DNA of 64,000 nucleotides from assembly GCA_963711675.1 (NCBI GenBank), contig CAVQFB010000002.1, positions 427,632 through 491,631 of the forward strand, given 5' to 3'. The notes beneath the pieces were generated by a model, which saw only the letters and a program-made list of their open reading frames with translations, was not told the origin of the DNA and ran no database searches. Positions within the stretch are counted from its first letter, which is position 1; the number at the start of each line of letters is the position of its first letter. This DNA comes from an uncultured Acidobacteriota bacterium (GTDB lineage: Bacteria; Acidobacteriota; Terriglobia; Terriglobales; Acidobacteriaceae). The position numbers and the translations under genes are program-made. Shown one piece after another: positions 9,169 through 20,760 of the stretch.

Positions 9169-10227
9169 CTATTCGGGCAACAGCGACAAGCCCTGAAGAT
9201 TCCAGGAGAGATGGTGGACGGCAGTGGTCGTGGCCAGAATAACGGAACGGCCGGGAGCGAAGGCCAGCCCGACCAGACCTTGTCCCGCGACTTCAATATT
9301 GGCTTTTCCCTGCGGCGATATTTTCACGATGCCTCGTTTGCCCGAAAGGGAAGCGGCCACGTAGAGATTGCCGTCCGAGTCGAACGCCAGCCCTTGCGGG
9401 CGCCCGAGACCGCGGAAGTAGTTTGACACCGAGCCATGCGGGTCAACTCGGTAGACAGAGTCAAAACTCGAGGTGGTCGGTCCAGTGACGAACAGATCGC
9501 CGGAGGGACCGAACGCGAGGTGGTATGCGGAGACGCTGGGCTCGAGGGTGGCGAATACGAAGGTCTGCCGGTCGCGGCTGATTTTGAAAATGGTGCCGCT
9601 GCGGTCGCCCACATATAGATTTTGCTCCCGGTCGAAAGCGATGCCTGTTGCAATCCCCATTCCCTCAGCATAAGCAGACATGGTGCCGTTCGGGGCGACA
9701 CGGTAGACCGTTCCATCGTGCCGCGACGAGACGTACATCTGGCCTTCGCGGTCGAAGGCGATGGAAGTCGCATTCATCATCTCCGCCACAAAGGGCTTGG
9801 CTGCGTAGTTGGTGTCGATCTTGAAAATAGAAACCGGTACTTTCTGGCCGCGCGATCCGGAGAATGTTGCATAGATGTTGCCTTCATGATCGAGCGCAGG
9901 ATTGGTAACGGGATGCAAACCTTCGGCGATCTGCACTGCCACCTTAACTTGCTGCGCGTTGCTGACGCTTCCGTTGGCTGCGACCACCACGGGACCGGTA
10001 GTTGCACCCTCGGGAACACGTGCGACAAGGAAGTCGTCCGAACTGATGATGACCGCGCCCTGCACGTGGCCAAACTGAACCTCGGGCCGGCGCAATTCGT
10101 GGGGCCGAAGGCTGGTGCCGGTGATGCGAATTTCACCGCCGGGCAGGGCAGCTGCGGGAGACACACCTTCAATGTGCGGCTTCCCGTTGACGTTTTTCTT
10201 GCCCAGCAACCGGTCGGAAATTCCCAT
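9169..10227 (-). CDS. IPT/TIG + NHL/SMP-30-like beta-propeller repeat protein
   Basis: The N-terminus (IEGVSPAAALPGGEIRITGTSL) looks IPT/TIG-like. It is followed by about 6 repeats of the G.(L/M)YV....G.(I/V).(R/K)(I/V) type (GNLYVAAS..IVKI, QNLYVGDRSGTIFKI, GQMYVSSRHDGTVYRV). Confidence 0.7.
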   Translation of the reverse strand: MGISDRLLGKKNVNGKPHIEGVSPAAALPGGEIRITGTSLRPHELRRPEVQFGHVQGAVIISSDDFLVARVPEGATTGPVVVAANGSVSNAQQVKVAVQIAEGLHPVTNPALDHEGNIYATFSGSRGQKVPVSIFKIDTNYAAKPFVAEMMNATSIAFDREGQMYVSSRHDGTVYRVAPNGTMSAYAEGMGIATGIAFDREQNLYVGDRSGTIFKISRDRQTFVFATLEPSVSAYHLAFGPSGDLFVTGPTTSSFDSVYRVDPHGSVSNYFRGLGRPQGLAFDSDGNLYVAASLSGKRGIVKISPQGKANIEVAGQGLVGLAFAPGRSVILATTTAVHHLSWNLQGLSLLPE

Positions 10228-10261
10228 TAACTCGAGTTCCCCAGGCGCGACAAAGCAACGC

Positions 10262-10783
10262 TTAGCTTATTAGAAGACCAAAATGCAGCAACAGATGCAT
10301 GCAAATCAGCGCGTACAGTCCGGCGCCGACGTCATCGATCACGATGCCGGTGCCTTCCGGAAGCTGCTCCAACGTTCGGATCGGAAACGGCTTCAGGATG
10401 TCGAATACACGAAAAAGTATAAAGCCCGCCAAAAGAGATTTCCAAGCCAGGGGAGCACCCACCAAAGTGATCAACTGTCCGGCGACTTCGTCGATCACGA
10501 CGAACTGCGGGTCTTTGCGGCTACTGGCGCGGGCAAGCGCCGTTGCTGCGGGTATCCCTATCAGTACTGCCGCAATTGCGACCATAATTGCGGCCGGAGC
10601 ATGCCATGAAAGCGGTATCCAGCGAGCTATAACCGCCCAAAGTACGACAGTGGCCGCCGACCCCCAGCTGCCAGGGCCGGGCTTTAGGTACCCGACGCCG
10701 AAGAACGTTGCGACTAGCGTTGCCCAGAGTGGCGCCCGAGGCAGAACTGGTGTCGAAGGCGCAGGTTCAGCAGTAGCGGTCAT
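10262..10783 (-). CDS. pgpA: Phosphatidylglycerophosphatase A
   Basis: LKPGPGSWGS motif, DEVAGQ, FRVFDILKP; membrane protein of about 173 aa. Confidence 0.85.
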   Translation of the reverse strand: MTATAEPAPSTPVLPRAPLWATLVATFFGVGYLKPGPGSWGSAATVVLWAVIARWIPLSWHAPAAIMVAIAAVLIGIPAATALARASSRKDPQFVVIDEVAGQLITLVGAPLAWKSLLAGFILFRVFDILKPFPIRTLEQLPEGTGIVIDDVGAGLYALICMHLLLHFGLLIS

Positions 10784-10827
10784 AAGGGGGTATTGTCAGG
10801 CAAAGACTGGAGGTTGCGGAAAGTTTT

Positions 10828-11034
10828 TCAGTCCTCGTCGGAATTGGGCAGGTTTTCGTCGATGGCATCGCTGGTGTCGGAAACGGGCGAGGAAACGACG
10901 TAGGCTCCGCTGGCCCATTTCCTCAGATCGACAGTGCGACAGCGTTCGCTGCAGAAGGGGAATTCGGGATCGGTATTCTTCACCGGATTCTTGCAGATCG
11001 GGCAACGAAGCTTGAGTGTGCGCTTACGCGGCAT
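10828..11034 (-). CDS. yacG: DNA gyrase inhibitor YacG (zinc finger)
   Basis: CPICKNPV...FPFCSERCRTVDLRKW, the C4 zinc-finger pattern of YacG. Confidence 0.85.
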   Translation of the reverse strand: MPRKRTLKLRCPICKNPVKNTDPEFPFCSERCRTVDLRKWASGAYVVSSPVSDTSDAIDENLPNSDED

Positions 11035-11058
11035 GGCAACCCGTGTTAGGTGCAGGCT

Positions 11059-12570
<1,512 letters not shown>

Positions 12571-12735
12571 GCAATCTTCTTATTCTAGCATCCGATAACG
12601 GCCCAATCTGGGCGCTTCCGGCGAGCCCAGAGGCACCACAGAAGGTAGTAGCCGCTCTGGGAAGCGGCACAAACCGCATGCTAACCTAGGGCAAAATCTA
12701 CATCTTACGGTCATGATCCACTCCCTGGAGGAGAG

Positions 12736-13365
12736 ATGCCCCTGAAACGGTCCCTGATTGCAGGTCTGGTCGCTCTCAGTGCTCTTGTGAGCACTGGGAC
12801 GGCGCAGCAGAAGAATGAGATATCGGGACTCTTTGGCAGGACCTTCATCAGCAACGAACCGATCACCGGCGCGACTTTTTTCGACAACACGGTGAACTAT
12901 GGCCGAGGGCTCACGGTCGAAGCGAATTACTCGCGGCATCTGTGGGGAGAGGGTTTCACCGGCATTTCACTGGAAGTCCCACTGGTCATCAATCACGATG
13001 AGGATTTGAACACAGGGCAGAATCTCATCCCAAGGGACTACAGTTCGCTTTTTATCACTCCGTCGGCGCGCGTGAACGTGTTTGCGGCGAATGCTTTTTC
13101 TCCGTGGGCAAGTTTTGGAGGAGGCCTCGGGCACTTTAGCCCAAGTTCAACGCTTCTTTTCGGCGGACAGAATACCGGCAAGGGTGGGTCGACCACCGGA
13201 GTCCTTCAGTTGGGGTTTGGACTGGACGTAAAGTTCACCGAAAGGCTCAAAGCTCGTCTTGCGTTTCGCGATCTCTGGGCCGGTGTACCGAATCTTAACG
13301 TCGACATCGGCCGGACCCGGCAGACGAACCTCTTCTGGGGCGGCGGCATCGTGTGGAGTTTTTGA
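12736..13365 (+). CDS. Outer-membrane beta-barrel protein (OmpW/porin-like), signal peptide
   Basis: Signal peptide MPLKRSLIAGLVALSALVSTGTAQQ, alternating beta pattern, C-terminal aromatic residue (VWSF). Confidence 0.65.
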   Translation: MPLKRSLIAGLVALSALVSTGTAQQKNEISGLFGRTFISNEPITGATFFDNTVNYGRGLTVEANYSRHLWGEGFTGISLEVPLVINHDEDLNTGQNLIPRDYSSLFITPSARVNVFAANAFSPWASFGGGLGHFSPSSTLLFGGQNTGKGGSTTGVLQLGFGLDVKFTERLKARLAFRDLWAGVPNLNVDIGRTRQTNLFWGGGIVWSF

Positions 13366-13390
13366 GACCCCATCCCCGGCGCGTGCTGTC

Positions 13391-13600
13391 TCACTTGTGG
13401 TTCGCAGTCTTGATCTCTTCGTACAATTCCGGCAATCGCTGAGCATCCTCCGCGGAATCACCGAATCGTGCCGACTCATAGTGACGCGTGAAATTCTCCA
13501 CGCGCTCGCGCAACCGTTCATCTTCGATGGCAGCGGTGAATTCGTGAGGAGTCTGTGTTGGCGATTTGCTCCAGCCTCGCCTCGCCAATGACCGGGTCAT
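13391..13600 (-). CDS. DUF4129-like C-terminal segment that belongs to the upstream transglutaminase gene (displaced by a frameshift)
   Basis: ...ARRGWSKSPTQTPHEF... is the usual C-terminus of TgpA-like proteins. This frame is open upstream to about 13770 and reads a TM helix plus IWYEEM before the annotated Met. Confidence 0.6.
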   Translation of the reverse strand: MTRSLARRGWSKSPTQTPHEFTAAIEDERLRERVENFTRHYESARFGDSAEDAQRLPELYEEIKTANHK

Positions 13601-15591
13601 CTCCTCGTACCAGATAGTGGCGGCAAATCTTGGCTTGCGCCCAGGGTGCGTCCGTATCCGGTAATTTCGAACCGTAAGCCATATTCTCCGCAGGTTGCCC
13701 AGAAGGAGCAGGAAAAAGAAAACACCAGACCCGCGAGCCCCCAGCGTCCGGGTGACTGGAGGATACGATCATGGACGCGCCGAGCGCGATGCAGCAACGT
13801 CAGATACTGAACTCGTGCCCACCATCGACCATTCTCCAGCAGACTGCGGCTACTGCTGGCTGCGTCCTGCCCCAGGCTCTTTTGGTGGGTGGCGTCGTAA
13901 TTGACCACCCACTCCCGCCAGAAAGAAGCGGCGGCATCCACATAGAGCATGACGCGGTCCCATCGGTTGTGGACGAGAGGAGGTCCCGCAGGCGTCGGGT
14001 CGAAACTGATCCACCCATAACCAGGAAAATAGGCTTCGACCCATGAGTGGGCGTTGCTGGCGTGCACCACGTACTTGGAGGTGAGGTCGTTGAACTCGCC
14101 GGTACGAAATCCGTTGATGACACGAGACGGGATTTGCAGCGTGCGCAGCATGAGGGCCATGGACGACGCGAAGTATTCGCAATGTCCACGCTTACGCTCG
14201 AAGAGGAAGTTCGCCACCGGATCCGCGGGCGGTGTGAGCGGCAATTGCAGGGTATAGCCATATTTCGTCGTGAGATAGTTTTCGAGTGCCACGGCTTTGT
14301 CATATGGGTTGCCCGCCGAAGCTGTAACCTCCTGTGCCAGGCGAGGGATGCGGGGATCCAGCCGGGGTGGCAACTGCAGATAAATGAGCGAGAACCCAGG
14401 AGGATAGCTTCCGGTTGCCGAGCGCAGCTGCTCCCTGGAAGGCTGAGCGATATTCGAACTTGCTTCGTAACGGCTGACGGGATGCTCCCCGTCCGCGTCG
14501 TAGACGGCGTCCCCCCGATCCACGGTCACCATGCGGTATTCACCCTGGAGCGTTTCCGGTTTTGCAGCCAGGAAGAATACGTTGGACCCGATCGGCTCCA
14601 TCATCACGCGGTAGTGAATGGAATGGGCCGAACGCTGAGCCGGTTGATCGCTGGTGGGGTCCGCGAACCAGCGCGGAAGGGCCAACGAAAAACTCCCATC
14701 CGGCAACCGAGGTGATACCGCATGCTCCAGCGGATTTGTCCACATCCGGCCATCGAACGAGGTGAGCGCGACCCCGCGCCACTTCAGGTCGTAGGCACCC
14801 GCAGTGTCGCCGTCGATCTGCACGTGCATCACTAACGCGCTGGATTGCTGGATCTGCCCGATCAATCCCAGCTGCACGCGGTCACTGAATCCCGTGCTCA
14901 AATCATTGCTGGGAGCGTAGGCGGTCAGATAGCGCGACGAGACGCGCGGCAGGAGAAAGAATATTCCCCCGGCCCCGGCCAGAATTAACAACATAAGGAT
15001 CGGCGCGACTCCCGCCAGGGAGAGCGCCATAGAGCGCCGAGTTTGGCTGCCTTCGGGGTCTCGCGCGTGGATGGTAGCGGTCACCGAAGAGTGGCGCATT
15101 TCCATCAGGACAAACGTCACCACCGCGATCAGCATGAATCCCGCGAAGGCGAACATAAAGATGCTGTCCACGGTGAGGACCGCGGCCGCCAGCACCATCA
15201 GGAACGCGAGCACAGCGAGCATGTAGTGATCGCGCTCCCGCTGCGCCGAGAAAAGCCGAACGGCCATGCCGAACAGGACAAGATGCACCGTAGACGTCAG
15301 GAAGCTTCCTGACAGCACGAGGTAATCGAGCAGGTAAAATCCTACGTAGACGAGCGTCAGGTAAGTGGTCCAGCGCTCAGAGATAAGGATGCGGCGGCCA
15401 GGAGCGAGAAAGTAACCGCGGACGAACAATGCGAGTCCGACCAGGACGACGGTAGGGAAGTCGAGGCCTCCTGTGCTCGCGAGGGTACCGAAGCCGGTCA
15501 GGACCAGCAGGTACAACGAGACTTCGAAGTAGCGACCTATCACAGCATCGATCGTGGGCCGGTCGGCACGCTGGGTGAGTGTCTGGGACAT
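13597..15591 (-). CDS. Transglutaminase-like family protein (DUF3488 multi-TM N-terminus + transglutaminase core), 3' end frameshifted
   Basis: Six or more N-terminal TM helices. Core motif RKRGHCEYFASSMALMLR (catalytic Cys), then HSWVEAYF and SFDPTP. Confidence 0.85.
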   Translation of the reverse strand: MSQTLTQRADRPTIDAVIGRYFEVSLYLLVLTGFGTLASTGGLDFPTVVLVGLALFVRGYFLAPGRRILISERWTTYLTLVYVGFYLLDYLVLSGSFLTSTVHLVLFGMAVRLFSAQRERDHYMLAVLAFLMVLAAAVLTVDSIFMFAFAGFMLIAVVTFVLMEMRHSSVTATIHARDPEGSQTRRSMALSLAGVAPILMLLILAGAGGIFFLLPRVSSRYLTAYAPSNDLSTGFSDRVQLGLIGQIQQSSALVMHVQIDGDTAGAYDLKWRGVALTSFDGRMWTNPLEHAVSPRLPDGSFSLALPRWFADPTSDQPAQRSAHSIHYRVMMEPIGSNVFFLAAKPETLQGEYRMVTVDRGDAVYDADGEHPVSRYEASSNIAQPSREQLRSATGSYPPGFSLIYLQLPPRLDPRIPRLAQEVTASAGNPYDKAVALENYLTTKYGYTLQLPLTPPADPVANFLFERKRGHCEYFASSMALMLRTLQIPSRVINGFRTGEFNDLTSKYVVHASNAHSWVEAYFPGYGWISFDPTPAGPPLVHNRWDRVMLYVDAAASFWREWVVNYDATHQKSLGQDAASSSRSLLENGRWWARVQYLTLLHRARRVHDRILQSPGRWGLAGLVFSFSCSFWATCGEYGLRFEITGYGRTLGASQDLPPLSGTRR

Positions 15592-15953
15592 GCGAAGTTC
15601 CTATTGTTCTTCAATTTTGGATGAAGTGGAAGAGCACATCGGTGTACGCATGGCAGCTAAGACCGAAGTCCGCCTCGGCAGGATGCTAGAATGTTTGGGT
15701 CAGGCATCGGTCCCGCGCGACGTCTTCTCGCCAACCCCGCCAGGTCCGGAAGGAAGCAACGGTAACGAGCTCTTGCGTGTGCAGTGGGTAACCGGTGTCT
15801 GGCTTTAAGTGCTCCAGCCTCGGAAGCTCCACGCACATATCGTTCGATGCCGCGGTGCGCCTTCACCAGTCGGATTCGACTCTGACAATCCGTTAGACAT
15901 TCTTTCGGCGATACCTCAGAATATTCAGTTTCACTCATAACCTGGAGACCTCA

Positions 15954-16952
15954 TTGAGCAAACCTCTTCGCGCGAAGATCAGCGCTCTCGGCACCTATGT
16001 CCCACCTCGAATTCTGACCAACGCCGACCTGGAAAAGATGGTCGAAACCTCGAACGACTGGATTCTGGCGCGCACGGGCATTCGCGAGCGCCATCTTGTG
16101 GATAAGGGAGTGGCCACGAGCGACCTGGCCGCGGAGGCCGCCAAGGCCGCGATTGCGCAGCGCGGGATCCCGATTTCTGAGATAGAAGCCATCATCGTGG
16201 CGACGGTCACGCCGGACATGTTCTTTCCCTCCACTGCCTGCCTGGTGCAGCACAAGCTGGGGGCAAAGAATGTGTGGGGATTCGATCTCTCCGCTGCCTG
16301 TTCCGCGTTCGTCTATGCGCTGCAGACCGGAGCGCAATTTATCGCCAGCGGTGCGCACAAGAAGGTAGTAGTGATAGGTGCGGATGTGATGTCGTCGATT
16401 ATCGACTACACGGACCGTGCGACCTGTGTGATTTTTGGAGACGGAGCCGGGGCTGTGATCCTCGAGCCCGCCGAAGATGATTCGGTCGGACTGATCGACT
16501 ACCTGCATGAGATCGATGGCTCAGGCGGTTGTTCGCTTTACATGCCCGGGGGCGGCAGCCTGAATCCGTCGACCCATGAAACAGTCGACAAGAAAATGCA
16601 CTACGTCCATCAAGACGGACAGGCGGTTTTCAAGTTTGCAGTGAAGAAGCAGGTCGAGCTCTGCCAGAAGCTGCTCGAACGAAACGGGCTGAAGGGTACC
16701 GATATAAAGGCGTTCATACCGCATCAGGCGAACCGGCGGATCATCACGGCGTCAGCAGAACGGCTGGGACTGGCTCCGGAGAGCGTGATTATTAATATTG
16801 ATCGTTACGGCAATACCACGGCGGCGACCATTCCGCTGGCGATGCATACCGCGCGCGAAGAGGGTAAGCTGAAGAAAGGTGACCTGGTGATGCTGGCTTC
16901 CGTGGGAGCTGGCTTCACGGTAGCGGCTGCTCTGCTGCGCTGGGCGTTCTGA
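15954..16952 (+). CDS. fabH: Beta-ketoacyl-ACP synthase III
   Basis: TTG start; [16 protein letters not shown], active-site Cys (LSAACSAF), [16 protein letters not shown]. Confidence 0.95.
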   Translation: MSKPLRAKISALGTYVPPRILTNADLEKMVETSNDWILARTGIRERHLVDKGVATSDLAAEAAKAAIAQRGIPISEIEAIIVATVTPDMFFPSTACLVQHKLGAKNVWGFDLSAACSAFVYALQTGAQFIASGAHKKVVVIGADVMSSIIDYTDRATCVIFGDGAGAVILEPAEDDSVGLIDYLHEIDGSGGCSLYMPGGGSLNPSTHETVDKKMHYVHQDGQAVFKFAVKKQVELCQKLLERNGLKGTDIKAFIPHQANRRIITASAERLGLAPESVIINIDRYGNTTAATIPLAMHTAREEGKLKKGDLVMLASVGAGFTVAAALLRWAF

Positions 16953-16992
16953 AATCCCGAGCAGCAGGTTACACGTGAAGATTCCGGGTGTG

Positions 16993-17217
16993 TCAGTTGA
17001 TCATTTTCCGGAGCTTTTCTTCGAGCACCCACAGCTCGCGCAAGGCTTCATCAATCGCACTCTCTTCGTCAGGACCGCCGCCAAGGGCCGCGAGTTCGAG
17101 CGTTCTCTGCTGCATGAGTCGGCGCGCCTTCTGGCAAAGTTTCAGCCGTAGAGCGAGGGATTCCTCTTGCTGGATGGACTCGTACACGCTTTTCCAGTCA
17201 TTGCGCCGGCCGGCCAT
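16993..17217 (-). CDS. Small hypothetical protein (74 aa, helical)
   Basis: ORF with a GGGAG about 6 nt upstream of the ATG. No recognisable motif. Confidence 0.4.
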   Translation of the reverse strand: MAGRRNDWKSVYESIQQEESLALRLKLCQKARRLMQQRTLELAALGGGPDEESAIDEALRELWVLEEKLRKMIN

Positions 17218-17725
17218 TTCAGACTCCCAGGAGGAGTGAAAGACTGCGCTACTGACTTAAATCGCGTGAGCGACTGCAACGCCCACAGGGATTATGCGCA
17301 CAACGTCGGTGTGATGCTGCCCCAGCAAACACAACATCCGGATAAGGAAGTTGTGGTGACCTTGTCCTAAGTGTAGAGAGGAGCTACCACGATACGCAGT
17401 GATAACGTCGTGCAGCACAGAAAATGCTCCCGGATTTGAGAAAGAACTATCAGAGCGTCACCTGGGTCGAAAATCACGGATGCACGCAACGAAATCCTAT
17501 GACATGGAAAAAGTGATTACCACACCTAGTAGATACCATCAGAATGCAGTCTTTATGCCGGCCTTTACGAAAGTTTACCGTGATTTAACAATTCTCTACT
17601 TGCTGGAGAGACCGCGGTTGCCCTAATAGTATTATGCGGTGGGTTGCGAGCACGCGCCGGTTTTGATACGAATCGGGTGCGATTGGCTAACCTCCTCTCG
17701 ATCCCTTCGAAGTGCCAAAAATACG

Positions 17726-18112
17726 ATGAGACCATTGTTCCAGAAAGCCCTGGCCATCCTGCTATTGATGTGCGCCCTCCTCGCCTGGGCGGGTGGCAGC
17801 AAATGGAAGTCCGCGAAGGTATTAGAGGTGCGAGACGCCAGCGAGACCGGTGCGAGCGTGGCTGCCAACAACTCGGTGGGCGTAGCGGATACGGCGCTGG
17901 TGGGCGGCGTGGTTCCCCGTTGCCGGGTGACGGTTGCACTGGATGGCGTCAGCTACAGCGCTATTTTCCCCGTGGATAAGCACTTCAAGCCCACCGATCT
18001 GGCCGAGGGTGAGGAAGTGTCAGCCCGAGTTGAGGGAAACAAACTCGTCCTGGAACGGCCGGACGGTAAGGAAATGAAAGCCAAGGTCGTGAATCAAAAG
18101 CGGATCGAATAA
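17726..18112 (+). CDS. Small secreted/lipoprotein-like hypothetical protein
   Basis: Internal ATG 17726 gives signal peptide MRPLFQKALAILLLMCALLAWAGG. A terminator follows the gene. Confidence 0.55.
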   Translation: MRPLFQKALAILLLMCALLAWAGGSKWKSAKVLEVRDASETGASVAANNSVGVADTALVGGVVPRCRVTVALDGVSYSAIFPVDKHFKPTDLAEGEEVSARVEGNKLVLERPDGKEMKAKVVNQKRIE

Positions 18113-18143
18113 AGTTTTCCAAGCCCCCCGAATGCTGCACGTT

Positions 18144-18181
18144 GGAGCCAGGTGAAGGATCGCCTGGCTCCTTGCTGTTTT
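18144..18181 (+). terminator. Rho-independent terminator
   Basis: GGAGCCAGG (18144-52) pairs with CCTGGCTCC (18163-71), followed by TTGCTGTTTT. Confidence 0.6.
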
Positions 18182-18192
18182 GGACGCGGAGG

Positions 18193-18540
18193 CTATTTTC
18201 GGAAGGGCAGGCCGCGGGTCTTCTGGGCGGTTTCGAGAAATTTTCTCAGCTTTGCCTTGTCTTCCTCAGGCATGCGGGTGAAGCGTATGCCGTTGCCGAT
18301 GTTGGGATGCTTGCAGACCACCTCTGCCCGGGCACGGATTTTTTCGTCCCCCAACCACAGCACGACCTCGACCATAGCCAGAGGATCGAGGGTTTGCAGC
18401 ATTTCTATGTAGCAGCCGCCCTCGCTGACGTTGGAGGTTTGCGCGCGACGCGGAAAGTTCTCCAGCGGGTGCCGCATCTCAGCGGGCACGGCCAGCTTCA
18501 CGCGCTGAAACTTCCGCTCCTTCTCCCACGACATGGACAC
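18193..18540 (-). CDS. PilZ domain protein (c-di-GMP receptor candidate)
   Basis: QRVKL (RxxxR-like) and NVSEGG (D/NxSxxG) motifs at the correct spacing; 115 aa. Confidence 0.8.
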   Translation of the reverse strand: MSMSWEKERKFQRVKLAVPAEMRHPLENFPRRAQTSNVSEGGCYIEMLQTLDPLAMVEVVLWLGDEKIRARAEVVCKHPNIGNGIRFTRMPEEDKAKLRKFLETAQKTRGLPFRK

Positions 18541-19148
18541 CTTTGGGCTCCCGTGGGCTGATTGTAGAGACTCGAGCCTCTAACCGGAAGATAACCCAAG
18601 TGCAGTGGCAGATACCTCTCTGGGATGCAGGGAGCCGCCAGGGTGTTTCCACCGAGGCGGGCCGAACCAGCCCAGCAGAATCCGACCCGTATGAGCGCTG
18701 GCAGGGAATCCCACCGCATAATCTGTACAAGATATAGATAATATTAGACTTATTAACTTTTTAGTCATATGACAACAGCAGGGCCGTTTTCCGCCAAATT
18801 GTTCTAGGCCGAACCCATTGTTCTAGGCCACCCCGGGGGATTCTGAGCATTAACCGGAGGGCGGGTTCGTGCTAACTATCCGGTTAGAGAAAGACGACGA
18901 ACACGCGCCATCCTCCCGACGCTCCTCCGGCCCCGGCTTGAATCGCTCTTGAGAATCAGAGGCTTGCCGAAAGGCGACATGTCGCTCGATCCGCAACTCG
19001 GCGTGGCGCATCGCGTGCAATAGCACGGGCGACAACTGGTTATCAAAACCATTGTGATGATGTAGGGACGGGCAAAACGAGCAGTCGGACCGGGAGAATT
19101 CAGAACCGATCCAGTTGGACTCACCGTTCTTGCAGCGAAGGAGGAGTT

Positions 19149-19565
19149 ATGAAACGCCAAATTCTCACTCTCGTCGGCGGGCTCAGCCTGCTGCTGGCAG
19201 CGGGATCAGCATACGCGCAGACCATTCACGTCAAAGCGGACGTTCCTTTTGGCTTCATCGCTGACAAGGCGAGTCTCGCACCTGGACAGTACATGCTGCA
19301 GACCGTGGGATCTGACCGGGTAGTCTTGATTCGCAGCGCTGACAACCAACCCGTTGCTATTTTGATCTCGAACGCAGTTAAAACGACTGAGCCTTCGGAA
19401 AAGACCAAACTGGTTTTCCGGCGCTATGGCGATCGCTACTTCCTGTCGCAGATCTGGGTTGCGGGCGAGAACTCAGGTCATCAGCTCCGGAAGGGCGCGC
19501 GGGAGGCTGAAATGGCTCGCGGTGCCAGATCTCACGCAGAGGTCGTGGCAGCGCTCTCGAACTAA
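19149..19565 (+). CDS. Small secreted hypothetical protein
   Basis: GGAGGAG RBS, signal peptide MKRQILTLVGGLSLLLAAGSAYAQ. A terminator follows the gene. Confidence 0.6.
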   Translation: MKRQILTLVGGLSLLLAAGSAYAQTIHVKADVPFGFIADKASLAPGQYMLQTVGSDRVVLIRSADNQPVAILISNAVKTTEPSEKTKLVFRRYGDRYFLSQIWVAGENSGHQLRKGAREAEMARGARSHAEVVAALSN

Positions 19566-19591
19566 CCCGAGCAACCATGAGTTCGATCGGG

Positions 19592-19620
19592 AAGGGCACA
19601 ACCTGATTGTGCCCTTTTCT
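19592..19620 (+). terminator. Rho-independent terminator between convergent genes
   Basis: AAGGGCACAA (19592-601) pairs with TTGTGCCCTT (19607-16), followed by TTCT. Confidence 0.65.
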
Positions 19621-19675
19621 GATATATCTCTCCATATTTCTTTATCACGCCAGATGAATCTCCGCCATCAGCAGC

Positions 19676-20038
19676 TCACTTCTTCTTCGTTGCCTTGGGC
19701 TTCAGCGTCTGGGCGTACTCGTAGCTTGCTTCCAGATACTTCCCCAGCTCTTTCGCATTCTTTAACAACGAATCGGGAACCGTGACGTACTCCTTCATGA
19801 CGGCGCCATACGCCTCGAACAGCTTCGTCTTATGTTTCTTCATGAACTCTTCCCGCTTGCCCTCAGGTAGCCGGATGGCCAGCGTGCTCGACTGGTGCAG
19901 CAGGGTGAACATGTTGCCATTCACCGCCGTATAGGGATTGGCCGCGCCTTTGCGTTCGATTCCAAGACTGGTTGCGATGAGCTTGTCGTACAGAGCTACT
20001 TTCTCATTGGCAATTGCGCCCTTTTTCGGTGTACCCAC
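19676..20038 (-). CDS. Hypothetical protein (120 aa, Lys-rich C-terminal tail)
   Basis: Clean ORF in convergent orientation with a shared terminator. I cannot name a motif with confidence. Confidence 0.5.
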   Translation of the reverse strand: MGTPKKGAIANEKVALYDKLIATSLGIERKGAANPYTAVNGNMFTLLHQSSTLAIRLPEGKREEFMKKHKTKLFEAYGAVMKEYVTVPDSLLKNAKELGKYLEASYEYAQTLKPKATKKK

Positions 20039-20271
20039 GGTGTGACCTCAGAGAAATAGGTTGATGACGCAGGCGCATGAGGATACATCGCTTCCCGATA
20101 CGAGTGCTACAGTGCCGGGGGCAAGCCTCGGCAGCGGGCAACCAAGCCACCGGCCAGGTTTCTCCATTCTCCAACTACCGAAAGTAACTTTCGCGGGATG
20201 GCGGGTGAAGCTTGGTCCGGGATGTGCCGATAGTGTCCAGACCTCAATCCAATCGTGTTCTGGCAGGAGAC

Positions 20272-20760
20272 ATGGAAACAGCGGGCACCGCTAAAAAACT
20301 CGACATGAGTGACTGGCTTTTAACGCTGACCCGTTCGGTCCAGGAGGTATTCGAGACCATGCTGTCCACGAAGGTGGCGCCCGTCTGCGAAGCCTCGAAG
20401 ACGGTTCGGCTCGACTGGACGGCCATGGTGGGACTGGCAGGCCAGCTGCACGGGATCGTGACCTTCAGCTGTGACGAGAAAGCCGCCATTCGGATCACTT
20501 CGAAAATGCTGGGTGTAGAAGTCAAGGAAGCCGATGAGCGGGTTTACGACGCGGTCGGCGAAGTCTGCAACATGATCGCCGGAAACTTCAAACACCAGAT
20601 CAGCGAGCTCACCGATGATTGCTCGCTCTCGCCGCCTACGGTCGTAGTCGGCACCGACTATCGGCTGTACCGCGTGGCTGCGGGATCGGTGACCTCATTC
20701 CAGCTCACCTTTACCTTCGACGGAATCCCTGTTTTCACGCGCCTTGATGTACGCAAGTAG
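20272..20760 (+). CDS. cheX: CheX-like chemotaxis phosphatase family protein (start uncertain)
   Basis: SVQEVFETML ... MVGLAGQLHGIVTFS ... GEVCNMIAGNFK pattern typical of CheX/CheC-like proteins. Possible starts are 20212, 20272 and 20305. Confidence 0.75.
   Translation: METAGTAKKLDMSDWLLTLTRSVQEVFETMLSTKVAPVCEASKTVRLDWTAMVGLAGQLHGIVTFSCDEKAAIRITSKMLGVEVKEADERVYDAVGEVCNMIAGNFKHQISELTDDCSLSPPTVVVGTDYRLYRVAAGSVTSFQLTFTFDGIPVFTRLDVRK

Noticed and set aside
13597-13600. ATGA overlap as evidence for a translationally coupled two-gene operon
   Set aside because: The downstream ORF's frame is open and protein-like for about 50 codons upstream of its ATG. It reads as the natural continuation of the transglutaminase protein, so a frameshift is the simpler explanation.
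18850-19160. Minus-strand ORFs of 61 and 94 aa upstream of the 19149 gene
   Set aside because: No RBS and odd composition. They overlap the promoter and RBS region of the + strand secreted-protein gene.
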